DNA of 64,000 bases from Alphaproteobacteria bacterium (GTDB lineage Bacteria; Pseudomonadota; Alphaproteobacteria; Sphingomonadales; Sphingomonadaceae). Positions 1-11,008 of the stretch are shown one piece after another. The notes under the pieces are model-generated. The model saw nothing but the letters and a program-made list of their open reading frames with translations. It had not been told where the DNA came from and did no database searches. The stretch is from NCBI GenBank assembly GCA_030424845.1, contig JAUHWC010000003.1:193034-257033 (forward strand). Direction: 5' to 3'. The translations under genes and the position numbers were made by a program. The first letter of the stretch is position 1; each line of letters opens with the position of its first letter.

Positions 1-279
1 GATGCCATCGCGCAGGACCTTGCCACCAATGGGCCGACACCGGACGAACTGGCTCGCGTGATAGAGCCGGTGCGGCAGAACATCTTCCGCGCGCAGACCG
101 GTCATACGTTCTGGCTCAATCGTATGCAGGGCGGCACAATCGATCCCCTGCGACTGGCCAACCTGCCGAGCCTGGGCGTGGACTATATCGGCACGACGCC
201 CGAGGAAATCCGGGCGCTGGCGCAGCGCTATCTCGTCAGCAGCAGCGGCTTGCGGATTGCCGTCCTGCCGGGGAACTGA
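1..279 (+). CDS. C-terminal fragment of a peptidase-like protein (M16/insulinase-type C-terminal domain, tentative); 5' end lies outside the window
   Basis: Frame 1 is open from nt 1 (DAIAQDLATNGPTPDELARV...) to the stop at 277-279. The C-terminal sequence pattern resembles M16 non-catalytic domains. No catalytic motif is visible in the fragment. Confidence 0.4.
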   Translation, partial: DAIAQDLATNGPTPDELARVIEPVRQNIFRAQTGHTFWLNRMQGGTIDPLRLANLPSLGVDYIGTTPEEIRALAQRYLVSSSGLRIAVLPGN

Positions 280-439
280 CTGACAGGCAGCTGGTCACGG
301 ATGAATTCGCTTGGTTGGTGTGCGTTACTTTCTCCAATGTAACCTTTGCACCGGTCGCGACTCATGGCTAGAGGCGGCTCTCCCTTGAAATTGACTCGCG
401 GCTCTCCGGCAATTTCCGGAAACGGTCGCACATTACGGA

Positions 440-1828
440 ATGATTGACGTGGCACAGAACTGGACCCCCGATAGCTGGAAGCAGGACAAATTCATCGCAA
501 AGCACCTGCCGCGCTATGAAGACCCCGCCGAACTGGCAGCCGCCGAAGAGGCGCTGGCCGGTTTCCCGCCGCTGGTCTTTGCCGGGGAAGCGCGCGCGCT
601 GAAGGGCAAGCTGGCTGATGTCACGGCCGGCAATGCCTTCCTGTTGCAGGGCGGTGACTGTGCCGAGAGCTTCGCCGAATTCAGCGCGACCAACATCCGC
701 GACACGCTGCGCGTGATCCTGCAGATGGCGGCAACGCTCACTTTTGCCAGCAAGATGCCGGTGGTGAAGGTCGCCCGCATGGCCGGCCAGTTTGCCAAGC
801 CGCGCAGCGCGCCCACCGAAACGCAGGACGGGCTGGAACTGCCCAGCTATTTCGGAGACATCATCAACGGCATCGAATTCGGTGCGGAAAACCGCCGCAA
901 CGATCCGCAGCGCATGCTGCGCGCCTACAGCCAGGCATCTGCCACGCTCAACCTGTTGCGTGCCTTCACCACCGGCGGCTATGCCAACCTGCGCCAGGTG
1001 CACCAGTGGACGCTGGATTTCATGGGCCGCAGCGCCTGGGCCGAACAGTACAAGTCCATCGCCGACCGCATTGGTGAATCGCTCGACTTCATGGAAGCCT
1101 GCGGCATCGATATCGAGGACCAGCCGCAGCTCAAGACGGCCAGCCTCTACACCAGCCACGAAGCGCTGCTGCTGCCTTATGAAGAGGCGCTCACGCGGCA
1201 GGATTCGCTGACCGGCGAATGGTACGACACGTCGGCCCACATGCTGTGGATCGGCGATCGCACGCGTTTCGAGGATTCGGCCCATGTCGAATTCATGCGC
1301 GGCATCAACAATCCCATCGGCATGAAGTGCGGCCCCAGCCTTGAGCCGGACGCGCTGCTGCGCATGCTCGACATCCTGAACCCGGGCCGCGAGCCGGGCC
1401 GCATGACGCTTATCGCCCGCTTCGGGCATGACAAGGTGGAAGCCGGCCTGCCGCCGCTGGTCCGCGCCGTCGAGCGTGAAGGCCATCCGGTGGTGTGGAG
1501 CTGTGACCCGATGCACGGCAACGTCATCAAGTCCGACAGCGGCTACAAGACCCGCCCGTTCGACCGCATCATGGCGGAGGTGAAGGGCTTCTTCGCGGTG
1601 CACCGCGCAGAAGGCACCCATGCCGGCGGCATCCACGTGGAAATGACCGGCCAGGATGTGACCGAATGCACCGGTGGCGCCATCGCCATCACCGATGCCG
1701 GCCTTGCCGATCGCTACCACACGCATTGCGATCCGCGTCTCAACGCCGCGCAGTCGCTGGAACTGGCCTTCACCCTGGCCGAAATGCTCAACCTGGAACT
1801 TGCCGAACGGCAAGCGGACGCCGCCTGA
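440..1828 (+). CDS. 3-deoxy-7-phosphoheptulonate (DAHP) synthase, class II
   Basis: 462 aa. The N-terminal W-P-SW motif and the conserved [11 protein letters not shown] block are typical of plant-like class II DAHP synthases. Confidence 0.9.
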   Translation: MIDVAQNWTPDSWKQDKFIAKHLPRYEDPAELAAAEEALAGFPPLVFAGEARALKGKLADVTAGNAFLLQGGDCAESFAEFSATNIRDTLRVILQMAATLTFASKMPVVKVARMAGQFAKPRSAPTETQDGLELPSYFGDIINGIEFGAENRRNDPQRMLRAYSQASATLNLLRAFTTGGYANLRQVHQWTLDFMGRSAWAEQYKSIADRIGESLDFMEACGIDIEDQPQLKTASLYTSHEALLLPYEEALTRQDSLTGEWYDTSAHMLWIGDRTRFEDSAHVEFMRGINNPIGMKCGPSLEPDALLRMLDILNPGREPGRMTLIARFGHDKVEAGLPPLVRAVEREGHPVVWSCDPMHGNVIKSDSGYKTRPFDRIMAEVKGFFAVHRAEGTHAGGIHVEMTGQDVTECTGGAIAITDAGLADRYHTHCDPRLNAAQSLELAFTLAEMLNLELAERQADAA

Positions 1829-1913
1829 TCCAAGGATGATTACCTCGTGAATACGGGGGTTTAGGCTGCTGCGGGTGGAGGAAAGTTAACCATTCGGCGC
1901 TAGGTCGCGCCAG

Positions 1914-3743
1914 GTGGGATCCGTACGTGTCATAAGCCAGCGCGCCAAGCGCATTGCCAACCCTTTCCTGGCAGGCATGCTGTGGGTGGGGCTGGCCATG
2001 CTTTGCACCGGAATGCGCGATGCAGCCGGGGCATTGCTGCTGGTATGGTGGCCCACCGGCGTGGTGGTGGCATGCCTGCAGACCACCCGGCGGCGCGACT
2101 GGCCACTCGCCCTTGCAATAATGGGGCCCTTCATCATCGGCTGGGTGCTGTTTTACGGGCGTCCGCTACCGACGGCGCTGGGCTATGCCTCATCCACCCT
2201 GACGGAAGCCTGGCTTTGCGTCACGCTGTGCGCGCGCATCCTGGGAGAGGGAAACCGCTTGCCGCGTACGCTGGGCCAGATTGCGGGAATGTTCGCGGTT
2301 GCCTTGATTGCCTGCGCCGTGGGTACCGCGATCGCCTATCCCTTCTTCATCGAGCAAAGCCTGGCAGAGGCGGCATGGTGGTATCTTGCCAACGTGATTG
2401 CCATGCTGGCGGTGGCTCCGGTGCTGGTGGCGCTGTGTCGGGCGTTGTCCCGCGGCGAGCAGACATTGCCCAAGGGAATGACGGTCGAATTCGTTCTTTC
2501 CGCGACGGCATTGGTCGGGTTTTCGCTGGTCATCCTGCAGGTCAAGGGCCTGCTGCTGATGCCGGTCATGGTCGGCATGATCATCCTCGCTTCGGTTCGC
2601 TACGGCCAGATAGGCACTGTGGTGGCCGTGCTCGCCCTTGCCATGGGGGCAACGCTCACCAGCCTTGGCGGGCAGCAGCTGGCAGCCTTCGACGGTTTGC
2701 CGCGGGCGACGAGCGGCCTCGTCCTGCAGCATTGGATGCTGCTGATGCTGGCGATCTCGCTTCCCATCTGCGCCATGCTGATGCGACGCGAGGAACTGGA
2801 GGCCAAGCTGCGCCAGCGTAATCGCGAGCTGCGGCAGAACGTGACGATCTTCGATCTTGCAGAAGACCTGGCGGGCGTGGGGCGCTGGCGATACGACTTG
2901 CGAACGGGGCGGCAGGAATGGTCCGAACGAATGCTGGAAATGAACGGGCTGGACCGTTCGCTGGCACCTGATCCAGGCGATGTGCGCGCCTTGCTGCCCG
3001 ATGGCGGACAGGAGTTGTTCGATCGCATCGCCCGGCACCGGGATGACTGGGAGCCCTACAGCTTCAACTATCGCGTCCATCCGGAAGACAAGACCGAGCG
3101 CACCCTGCGGATTTCGATCCTCAACGAGTTTGACGCTGCGGGAGAGCGCATTGCCCTTTTCGCCGTGGCGATTGACGTGCCCGACCATGTGCGGCGCGAG
3201 GAGGCGCTGGACAAGGCCCGCGGGCGCGCGGTCAAGCTGGCGGCAGAGGCGCAGGTGCTGGCCAATACCGATCCGCTGACCGGCCTGCCCAACCGGCGTT
3301 GTTCGCTGGAACGGCTGCGCGCTGCGGTCGAGAATGCCCGCGAGAGCGGCCGCCCCCTGTGCGTGGTGATGTTCGATATCGATCACTTCAAGCAGGTGAA
3401 TGACGGGCATGGCCACCAGACGGGCGACGATGTGCTGGTCCACGTGGCGGAGATTGCCCGCCAGCAGGTGCGCGGGACCGACCTTGTCGGGCGGATCGGC
3501 GGCGAGGAGTTCGTCTGGCTGATCCCGGGCGTCGGCATGACCGAGGCTCACCAGCTGGCCGAACGCTTGCGGTCCGCCATAGCGGCGGGAAGCGGCCTGC
3601 CGGGCTTGCCTGCCGTCACCACATCGATCGGGCTTGACAATTTGCGACCCGGCGACGATGCGGAGGGCATCCTCAAACGGGCGGACCTGGCTCTCTATGC
3701 CGCCAAGGAAGCGGGCCGCAACCGGGTTCGCCTTGCCGCCTGA
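1914..3743 (+). CDS. Membrane-bound diguanylate cyclase (MASE1-like membrane domain, PAS-like region, GGDEF domain)
   Basis: 609 aa. The N-terminal half is polytopic and hydrophobic. The C-terminus carries DPLTGLPNRR ... FDIDHFKQVND ... RIGGEEF, which is the GGEEF active site. The start codon is uncertain (GTG at 1914). Confidence 0.85.
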   Translation: MGSVRVISQRAKRIANPFLAGMLWVGLAMLCTGMRDAAGALLLVWWPTGVVVACLQTTRRRDWPLALAIMGPFIIGWVLFYGRPLPTALGYASSTLTEAWLCVTLCARILGEGNRLPRTLGQIAGMFAVALIACAVGTAIAYPFFIEQSLAEAAWWYLANVIAMLAVAPVLVALCRALSRGEQTLPKGMTVEFVLSATALVGFSLVILQVKGLLLMPVMVGMIILASVRYGQIGTVVAVLALAMGATLTSLGGQQLAAFDGLPRATSGLVLQHWMLLMLAISLPICAMLMRREELEAKLRQRNRELRQNVTIFDLAEDLAGVGRWRYDLRTGRQEWSERMLEMNGLDRSLAPDPGDVRALLPDGGQELFDRIARHRDDWEPYSFNYRVHPEDKTERTLRISILNEFDAAGERIALFAVAIDVPDHVRREEALDKARGRAVKLAAEAQVLANTDPLTGLPNRRCSLERLRAAVENARESGRPLCVVMFDIDHFKQVNDGHGHQTGDDVLVHVAEIARQQVRGTDLVGRIGGEEFVWLIPGVGMTEAHQLAERLRSAIAAGSGLPGLPAVTTSIGLDNLRPGDDAEGILKRADLALYAAKEAGRNRVRLAA

Positions 3744-3842
3744 AAGGGCCGGCGCAAACAATTGATACAATCAGCGCGTTGACGCAGCTGGATGGCCGCG
3801 CCACTCTGCCTTCCGGGAAATATACCCACGGGAGGGGGACTT

Positions 3843-5216
3843 ATGGCCACTGGCGCCACTGCGGAAACGCGTTTCGACGTTGCCGCCCTGATTGACAATC
3901 GGCCCATTGGCAGCCGCGAGATATTCACACTGGTCGTGTGTTCCATCGTCCTGTTCATGGACGGGTTCGACATGTATTTCCTCGGCAAGATCCTGCCTGA
4001 CATTGCCGAGGGGCTGGGCGGGACCAGCGTGGACATGCAGCCCGTCGTCACCTTCCAGCAGTTCGGCATGCTGATCGGCGCGATCATCATTCCGCCGCTT
4101 TCGGACAGGATCGGGCGCAAGCCGGTGCTGGCGCTGTGCCTGCTGATGTTCGGATCGCTCACCCTGTGGGCGGCCTGGGCAAGCGGCTTCACCATGCTTG
4201 CTGTCCTGCGCGGCATTGCCGGAATCTTCTTCTCGGCCATGTTGCCCGTTGGACTTGCCATCATTTCCGAAGCGACGCCCAAGCGCCGCCGCGCGCTGTT
4301 CATGTCGATCGCGCTGGTTTGCTTTTCGGGTGGCAACCTGGGCAGCGGCTTCATGGTGACCCTGCTGCTCGAGCCCTATGGCTGGGAAATCTTCTTCATC
4401 CTCGGGGGTATAGTGCCGCTGGTGGCCATGTTCCTGCTGCTGCTGATCCCGGAAAGCGTGGCCTTCCGCGTCAACCGCAACCCGGCCGACCCGCGCATTC
4501 CCGACATGCTGCGCCGGCTCGACCCCGATGTGCAGCTGACGGGGACCGAGACTTTCCACATGGGTGACCAGGCCGAAGTGGAGAAGCTGGGCCCGCTGGC
4601 CATGTTCGGCCCGCGTTTCCGCATGCAGACGATCCTGCTGTTCGCCATCTGCTTCTTCTCGCTGGGCAATATCGCCTTGCTGGCCAACTGGCTTGCCACC
4701 TTCATGCTGGAAATGCGCGGCGTGCCGCTGACCGATTTCGCCTTCTACATGATCATCGGCTATTTCGGTGGCGCGGCGGGAACGCTGGCCATGGGCTGGC
4801 TGATGGATCGCCTGAACGTCTACCGCGTGTTGGCGGTCTATTTCGTGATCGATGCCATCGCCATTGCCTCCATCGGCATGGTCGATGCGCAGGTGGCGGT
4901 GATGCTTGTGACGGCGCTGGTCGTGTGGAACTTCTGCCAGGTTGGCGGGCAGACAGGCATCAACAACCTTGCAACGCTTGGCTATCCGCCGGAAATGCGG
5001 TCGAGCGGGATCGGCTGGGCAGGGGCGATGGGCCGCTTCGGCGGGGTGATCTTCCCGGCGCTGGGCGGCATGGCGCTGGCAGCCTCGCTGTCACTGGAAA
5101 CGATCATGTTTGCCGCCGCCGTGCCGGCCATCCTGATCGCGATCCTGATCACCATCCTGGGAGTCGTGAACAAGGGCCACATCAGCGCCGCACATATTCC
5201 CGCCAGGTCTACCTGA
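3843..5216 (+). CDS. MFS transporter (aromatic acid / organic anion symporter-like)
   Basis: 12-TM-like hydrophobic profile with the MFS motif SDRIGRKP after TM2. I chose ATG 3843 because it is preceded by GGGAGGGGG. The ORF track starts at 3792. Confidence 0.8.
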   Translation: MATGATAETRFDVAALIDNRPIGSREIFTLVVCSIVLFMDGFDMYFLGKILPDIAEGLGGTSVDMQPVVTFQQFGMLIGAIIIPPLSDRIGRKPVLALCLLMFGSLTLWAAWASGFTMLAVLRGIAGIFFSAMLPVGLAIISEATPKRRRALFMSIALVCFSGGNLGSGFMVTLLLEPYGWEIFFILGGIVPLVAMFLLLLIPESVAFRVNRNPADPRIPDMLRRLDPDVQLTGTETFHMGDQAEVEKLGPLAMFGPRFRMQTILLFAICFFSLGNIALLANWLATFMLEMRGVPLTDFAFYMIIGYFGGAAGTLAMGWLMDRLNVYRVLAVYFVIDAIAIASIGMVDAQVAVMLVTALVVWNFCQVGGQTGINNLATLGYPPEMRSSGIGWAGAMGRFGGVIFPALGGMALAASLSLETIMFAAAVPAILIAILITILGVVNKGHISAAHIPARST

Positions 5217-5298
5217 TCGATCGTTGCCCGGACGAAAACAGGCGGGCCGGCATCAGCCGTCCCGCCTGCTTCGTTCCCGGGGAGGATCGGCCCGGGTG

Positions 5299-6729
5299 CT
5301 ACAGGTCCCAGTCGTAATGATCGGCCAGCATGCGCGGCTCGAAGCCGTATGACCGTGCATTGGGATCGAACAGCATCTGGCTGTTCCAGTTGGCATGTGC
5401 CTGTTTCAACTCGGCAAAGAGCTCGGGCATGCGGTCCTTCAGGTTGCCACGCTCCATCGGGTCCGCGATGATGTCGAACAGGAATTCGTTGTCGTTGATC
5501 TTGAGGTACTTGTAGCGTCCGCGGCGGACCGCCTTCTGGTCCTTGCTCCAGTATCGCCAGAACTGCGTACGCTCCGGCATCGGGCGACCCATCAGGGCCG
5601 GACCGAGGTCGATCCCGTCGAACGGATAGTCGGGATGCGCGTCGCCATCGGCAGCGGCGAGGAAAGTGGGCAGGAAGTCCATCGACATCGCCGGCACTTC
5701 GCTGATCGAACCCGGCGCTGTCACACCAGGCCACTTGACGATGAACGGCACCCGGATGCCGCCTTCCAGCAGCTCCGTCTTGATGCCGGTGAAGGGCCAG
5801 GTCTTGCTGAAACGTTCCCCGCCGTTGTCGCTGGTGAACACGACCACGGTATCCTGCTCCATCCCGAGTTCCGCCAGGCGGTTGAGGATGCGGCCGATGT
5901 TCATGTCCATCGACGTGACCATGCCGGCATAGGTTTCCATGGTGCCGCCATCGAAATGGACGATGTCGAGATCATCCTGTGACGGCAATTCGGCAAGCCG
6001 CGCGCTCTCGCTGCGGCCCAGCGCGTCATTTGCTTCCCAGGGCCAGTGCGGGGCGGTGAAATGGAGCGAAAGCAGCCACGGCTTGTCTGGTTCGCCCGAG
6101 CGTTCGTTGAGGAAGCGGATCGAACGGTCGGCGAGCATGTCGGTGTAGTAACCGACTTCCTCCACCAGCACGTCGCCGTCCCAGACATCCTCGTTCCCGG
6201 CCACGCGATGGGTAAAGTAATCCACCCCGCCTCCACGGTTGCCGTAGAACTCGTCATAGCCGCTCTTGAGCGGGCCGTAATTTGGCAGCAGGCCCAGGTG
6301 CCATTTGCCGACCAGCGCCGTGTGATAACCCTGTTGCTTCAGCAAGGAAGGCATGGTCGGATGCGTCGGGTCCAGCCCCAGGTCGGGGTTCTGCAGCGGC
6401 TCTTCCAGGCCGGCGGGCGTGCGATACTGGTACCGGCCCGTGATCAGGCCCACGCGGGTGGCAGAACACACGGCGGAATTGGCATAGCCGTGGGTGAACT
6501 TCATGCCCTGTGCCGCAAGGCCGTCCAGCACCGGCGTGGTATATTCCGTGCGTCCGTAGCAGGACAGGTCTGCATAACCCAGGTCATCGGCCATGATGAA
6601 AAGGAAGTTGGGCTTGCGACGGGCTTCATGAGCCAGGCCAGGGACTGTCACGGCCAGTGCGGCTGTGCCAAGGGCGGTGGCCATTGCATCGCGGCGGGTC
6701 AGTTTCGGAAAGCTGGTCTTGTCAGTCAC
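5299..6729 (-). CDS. Sulfatase (Cys-type, formylglycine-dependent), Tat-exported
   Basis: MADDLGYADLSCYG and the C-S-A-T-R formylglycine motif followed by LITGRY. The N-terminus has a twin-arginine signal, LTRRDAMATALGTAALAV. The track ORF extends to 6819; the likely start is GTG 6729. Confidence 0.85.
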   Translation of the reverse strand: MTDKTSFPKLTRRDAMATALGTAALAVTVPGLAHEARRKPNFLFIMADDLGYADLSCYGRTEYTTPVLDGLAAQGMKFTHGYANSAVCSATRVGLITGRYQYRTPAGLEEPLQNPDLGLDPTHPTMPSLLKQQGYHTALVGKWHLGLLPNYGPLKSGYDEFYGNRGGGVDYFTHRVAGNEDVWDGDVLVEEVGYYTDMLADRSIRFLNERSGEPDKPWLLSLHFTAPHWPWEANDALGRSESARLAELPSQDDLDIVHFDGGTMETYAGMVTSMDMNIGRILNRLAELGMEQDTVVVFTSDNGGERFSKTWPFTGIKTELLEGGIRVPFIVKWPGVTAPGSISEVPAMSMDFLPTFLAAADGDAHPDYPFDGIDLGPALMGRPMPERTQFWRYWSKDQKAVRRGRYKYLKINDNEFLFDIIADPMERGNLKDRMPELFAELKQAHANWNSQMLFDPNARSYGFEPRMLADHYDWDL

Positions 6730-6848
6730 GGAATCGGATTCCCCCGGAGGCAGAGAGAAAGTTTGGGAGGCAGGGCTGGTGCGATTTGTGGTGGGAACAC
6801 CGGCCCTGCCAAGTGGCACGGATAAGGATACCGTGCAACGTCACCGGA

Positions 6849-9800
6849 TCACATGCGGACCCTGACGCCTACGGTGAAACGGCGTCCCAACACGTCATAA
6901 AGCGACGCATTGTACTGGTTCGAATACCCCAGGAAGGCGCTGTACGAAGGCGTGATCGGCGGAGACACGTCACCCAGGTTGGTGATGTTGCCGAACACTT
7001 CCATCTCTGCGCCACCTATGTCGAACTCGTAGCCCAGGCGAAGGTCGATGTAGGTGACCGAAGACACGGAATTGTCCTCGATCGTGCTGCCTTCGACCCG
7101 GCGAATGTCATGAATACCCGAACCGATGTGGCGCACCTGCACAAGCGTGGAGAAACCCCCGTTGCGATAGGTGATCCCGCCGGTTGCCTTGAAATCGGCA
7201 TAGGGCAGGTAGACGCCGGAGTTCTGCGTGGCACCGGTCTGTCCGGCGAAGTCCACGGTATTGCCGTTGAAGTCCGTTTCCGAACGCTCGAACAGCCATG
7301 ACGCGAAGAAGCGGCCGCTGAGCGTTTCCTCGCCTCCGAAGAAGTCCACGTCGGTGTTGTAGGACGCTTCGAAGTCGAGGCCTTCCACGGCGGCCTGCGC
7401 CACGTTTACGAACACGTCGCCTACCAGGGTGATGTCACCCGTGGCGGTTGGCGTTGCCGGCCCGGTGGTCAGCGTGATCAGGTCACAGAACTCCTGCGCA
7501 CTGTCTCGGAAGCAGCGGTCAACCACTTCCTGGTTGCCGACCTGGCTGATCGCCCCGTCGATCTTGATGTTGTAATAGTCGAGGCTGAGCGACAGGCCCT
7601 GCAGGAAGTCCGGCCGGAACACCACGCCTGCGGTGAGGGTGTCGGCCTCCTCGGGTCGCACGGCAGGGTTGCCGCCCGAGAAGCGCGTGACGGTCAGCGC
7701 TTCGATGGCAGTTGTGCGCGGATCGTCGATGGTGGCAGAGCCGCCCGTCTTGTCGAAGCGTTCCGACAGGTTGCCGGCGCGCACGTCACGCGAATAGGTA
7801 CCGCGAAGGCGCAGTTGCTGGTCCATGAAACCCAGTTCGATACCGCCCTTGTATGCCCAGATCGAGCCTGAGCCGGAATAATCCGCCCAGCGCACTGCGG
7901 CGTTGGCATTGGCGGTAAAGCCGTTGCTGTCGACCAGCGGCAGCAGAAGTTCGCCGAATGCTTCCCAGACGGTTGCCGAACCCTTGATGTTGGACACCTT
8001 GGAATATTGCAGGCCGACGGTGTTCAGGCAGTCCGGGACGCTGACACCGCGCAAGCCCGGAGCCTCGCCGCTGCAAAGCACCGGATGGCCGTTTTCGTGG
8101 TCGGACGGCGGGTTGGTGGGATCCTGCACCAGCTGCAGGATCTCGTCCCGGCGATAGGAGCCACCGAAGGCGCCCGCCAGCGGGCCGGCCCACAGGTCGA
8201 TGATGTCACCGGCACCGGAAAGTTCCGCGAAGTGCTGCTCGAACGTGGTGATGTTCGTCTTCTCGGGGTTGGTGGTGTAGGTGTAGCTGCGGCCCGAGGC
8301 GAAACCATCGTCAGCAAAGAAGATCGGCGTGGTGATGGTCTGGCCGGGTTCATAGCCCACGACATAGTCAATCGCCGCGGCCGAGGCATTGCCGCGTCCG
8401 AACAGGTTGAGCGGTTGGCATCCCGGGAAGGCATCGCCGAAAAGTGACGTACGGCAGACGATGTTCCCGTTCGGCGTTCCGTTCAGGTACTCGCCTTCGT
8501 CGACCGCGTCGATCGCGGCGAAGATGCGGTCTACGCGCAGGCCGTTCTGCTTCCACACGCGTTCCGAATGGCCGTACTGGTAGAAACCGTCGATGGTCCA
8601 CCCGCCGAGGAAGCCGTCATTGTCGAGGTCCATCGTGAAGCCGGCCACGCCGATGTGCTGCTTGGTGGTATCGTCGAGATAGCCCAGGCCGATATCCTCC
8701 AGCGAACCCATGCGGCGCAGGGTAAAGCTTGCGATCCCTTCGTTTTCCATCGTGTCCCGCAGGTCAGCCGGGAGGAAGGCGTTATCGGCGAAGATCGTCA
8801 GCGCCGTGGGCGTTCCGCCAAAGCTGGAACGCGGCGTGTTGTACTGCCAGATATGCGTGCGGCCGTGCAGATACTGACCGAACACGGTGAAATTGTCCGT
8901 CAGCTCGTAATCGGCATAAGCGAAGATCGAATAGCGATCGAGGTCCGGATAGAGGCTGGCCACTTCTGCGCCCAGGTCATCATTCGGACCGCCGGCGGTG
9001 CGTGCCGGGGGAATGCCGAATTGGAACTGGCTAAGCGTGCCGGGAGTAAAGGCCTGCGTGGTGCCGGCACGGGTGAACTCCAGTGCATGGATCGCCGTGC
9101 CCGGCGCGAAAATGCGCCCGTCGAAGCTGGCGTTGGCCGAAACCGTCTGCGGCACGAAGCGATAGGGATCGGCAGTGGTGCCGGAGCCGAACGTGCCATA
9201 GGCATCGTACCAGTCGCGCTTGTCGTAGTTGAAGACTCCCTTCTGGTCATAATACTCGCCGGAGACGAGAAAATGGCCGCGGCCGCCAGCGAAGCTGGTG
9301 CCGTAGGCAGCGGAAATCTCGTAGTTCTCGGCATCGCCGCGGTCTGTCACGCCGCCCTGCGCACTAAACTGCAGGCCTTCGTAATCCGTATCGAGCACGA
9401 AGTTCACAACACCGGCCACTGCGTCCGAACCGTAAGCCGCGGATGCACCGCCCGTGGTGGTTTCCACCGACTGGATCATGGCTTCGGGAAACAGGTTGAT
9501 GTCCACGCCGCCAAAGGCGCTTGTGGAGGGTACCCGGCGGCCGTTCAGCAGCGTCAGCGTGCGGTTGACGCCCAGGCCGCGCAGGTTGAGCGAGCCATAG
9601 CCCGAACGGACGAAGAAGTTGCCCGAGTTGGGCGTCTGGTTGCCATAGAACTGCGGAAGCTGCGAAACGCCGGTGATCAGCGCACCGGGCGACAGGGTCT
9701 CGATCTCTGCGGCGGCAACAACGGTGACAGGCACCGGAGCCTGCATTCCGTCGGTGCGGATGCGCGAGCCGGTGATCAGGATGATGTTGTCACCCTGGCG

Positions 9801-9944
9801 GTTTTCTTCCGCGGATGCATCTTCCCCATCCTGAGCCTGCGCGCCGGTGGCACCCAAAACCAGTGCCAAGGCGCTTGCGCCGCAAGCCAGCCAATTACGA
9901 TTGTTGCGCGCCGAACGGCGCACACGGCTCTGTGCACGAGACAT
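6849..9944 (-). CDS. TonB-dependent outer-membrane receptor
   Basis: 1031 aa. Signal peptide ending AQAQ, plug-domain motifs (IILITGSRI, VETTTGGASAAYGSDAVAGVVNFV), and a C-terminal beta-barrel ending RRFTVGVRVRM. Confidence 0.9.
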   Translation of the reverse strand: MSRAQSRVRRSARNNRNWLACGASALALVLGATGAQAQDGEDASAEENRQGDNIILITGSRIRTDGMQAPVPVTVVAAAEIETLSPGALITGVSQLPQFYGNQTPNSGNFFVRSGYGSLNLRGLGVNRTLTLLNGRRVPSTSAFGGVDINLFPEAMIQSVETTTGGASAAYGSDAVAGVVNFVLDTDYEGLQFSAQGGVTDRGDAENYEISAAYGTSFAGGRGHFLVSGEYYDQKGVFNYDKRDWYDAYGTFGSGTTADPYRFVPQTVSANASFDGRIFAPGTAIHALEFTRAGTTQAFTPGTLSQFQFGIPPARTAGGPNDDLGAEVASLYPDLDRYSIFAYADYELTDNFTVFGQYLHGRTHIWQYNTPRSSFGGTPTALTIFADNAFLPADLRDTMENEGIASFTLRRMGSLEDIGLGYLDDTTKQHIGVAGFTMDLDNDGFLGGWTIDGFYQYGHSERVWKQNGLRVDRIFAAIDAVDEGEYLNGTPNGNIVCRTSLFGDAFPGCQPLNLFGRGNASAAAIDYVVGYEPGQTITTPIFFADDGFASGRSYTYTTNPEKTNITTFEQHFAELSGAGDIIDLWAGPLAGAFGGSYRRDEILQLVQDPTNPPSDHENGHPVLCSGEAPGLRGVSVPDCLNTVGLQYSKVSNIKGSATVWEAFGELLLPLVDSNGFTANANAAVRWADYSGSGSIWAYKGGIELGFMDQQLRLRGTYSRDVRAGNLSERFDKTGGSATIDDPRTTAIEALTVTRFSGGNPAVRPEEADTLTAGVVFRPDFLQGLSLSLDYYNIKIDGAISQVGNQEVVDRCFRDSAQEFCDLITLTTGPATPTATGDITLVGDVFVNVAQAAVEGLDFEASYNTDVDFFGGEETLSGRFFASWLFERSETDFNGNTVDFAGQTGATQNSGVYLPYADFKATGGITYRNGGFSTLVQVRHIGSGIHDIRRVEGSTIEDNSVSSVTYIDLRLGYEFDIGGAEMEVFGNITNLGDVSPPITPSYSAFLGYSNQYNASLYDVLGRRFTVGVRVRM

Positions 9945-10042
9945 GCTTGTTATTCCTCCCCTTTGTTACAGCTTCGGGCATTCCTCCCGGGGAGCACTCT
10001 TGGCAACGCATGGCAAAGTGATGAAGAGACATTGACTTCAGG

Positions 10043-10067
10043 TTATGGCTTGGGGATAAACCCATAA
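10043..10067. promoter_or_regulatory. Inverted repeat TTATGG-N13-CCATAA, candidate LysR-type binding site
   Basis: Hand-read palindrome in the divergent TBDR/LysR intergenic region. Its right arm abuts the LysR ATG at 10067. Confidence 0.3.
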
Positions 10068-10999
10068 TGCCGAACCTGCCTTTCACCTTGCGCCAGCTCG
10101 AAGTGTTTGAAGCCATTGCCCATACGCAGAGCTTCCGGCGTACCTCGGAAAAGCTCGGGATTTCGCAGGCATCGGTCAGCAACCAGATCAAGACGCTCGA
10201 AGAACAGCTGGGCGTGGTGCTGCTTGATCGCAGGCCGGGCCGCAATCCGGTGCTGATGCCCGAGGGGTTGGCGTTTCAAGACGATCTCCGCCGCTTCCAC
10301 GAGGCAGCCCTGCAACTGGCAAGCCACCGGCGCGATGATCCCTTCGCCACGCCGACTGTCCGGAAATTACGCGCCCTCGTGGGGCAGGGCATGTTCGATT
10401 CCTACATCCGCCGCCAGCTCGATGCCTTTTTTGCCCGCAACCCCGATATCGAACTGGAGTTCGACACGCAGTTGCCTTTCGGCCAGCTGTTTCGTGCAGT
10501 CGAGCAGGGAGAGTTCGACTTTGCGCTGATCCACCAGCGCGCGGACCATACGATCCACCGCGACTTCCGCGAGATCGCTATCGTGGAAGGGGGGGTCTAC
10601 GGCCATCGAAAGTTTTCCGAAGGACATCCGCTGCCCCTGCCGATCGAAGTGCTCAACAGCTTGCCGTTCATCCTGCCCAAGGCCACCAGCAAGCATGAGC
10701 GCGAGGTGATCCGCAATTATGCTGAAAACGGTATCCACCCGCGCCACGTCATCGGCCACACCCAGTATTTCGACGTGATCGGGGCCATGCTTGACCGCGG
10801 GTTGGGTGTCGCTTCCTTTTCCGATGCGATCCTTTCCCCGGAGATGCGCAAGAACGTGATCCTGCTCAAGCCGATGCAGAAATGGCGCTTGCTCTATTTC
10901 CGCAAGCCTGCGCCGGATGATGCGGCGGCAAACGTGGCAGAACAATTCCTGTTCGCAAGCGTGCGCGACAATCCGGATTATCCGAGCCTGCCGGCCTGA
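10067..10999 (+). CDS. LysR family transcriptional regulator
   Basis: N-terminal wHTH (LRQLEVFEAIAHTQSFRRTSEKLGISQASVSNQIKTLEEQLG) plus a substrate-binding-type C-terminal domain. Confidence 0.88.
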   Translation: MPNLPFTLRQLEVFEAIAHTQSFRRTSEKLGISQASVSNQIKTLEEQLGVVLLDRRPGRNPVLMPEGLAFQDDLRRFHEAALQLASHRRDDPFATPTVRKLRALVGQGMFDSYIRRQLDAFFARNPDIELEFDTQLPFGQLFRAVEQGEFDFALIHQRADHTIHRDFREIAIVEGGVYGHRKFSEGHPLPLPIEVLNSLPFILPKATSKHEREVIRNYAENGIHPRHVIGHTQYFDVIGAMLDRGLGVASFSDAILSPEMRKNVILLKPMQKWRLLYFRKPAPDDAAANVAEQFLFASVRDNPDYPSLPA

Positions 11000-11008
11000 G
11001 GCGGTGCG

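Noticed and set aside
368-1813. 481-aa ORF antisense to the DAHP synthase gene. Similar long antisense ORFs occur at 2190-3770, 23718-24833, 27010-28005, 42499-44586, 44697-46058, 48540-49412, 49558-51267, 54613-55659, 56347-57723, 59374-60816 and 61464-63560.
   Set aside because: Their Arg/Ala/Gly/His-rich, repetitive translations have no recognisable motifs. Each lies opposite a gene with an unmistakable conserved product. Long stop-free antisense frames are expected in high-GC DNA.
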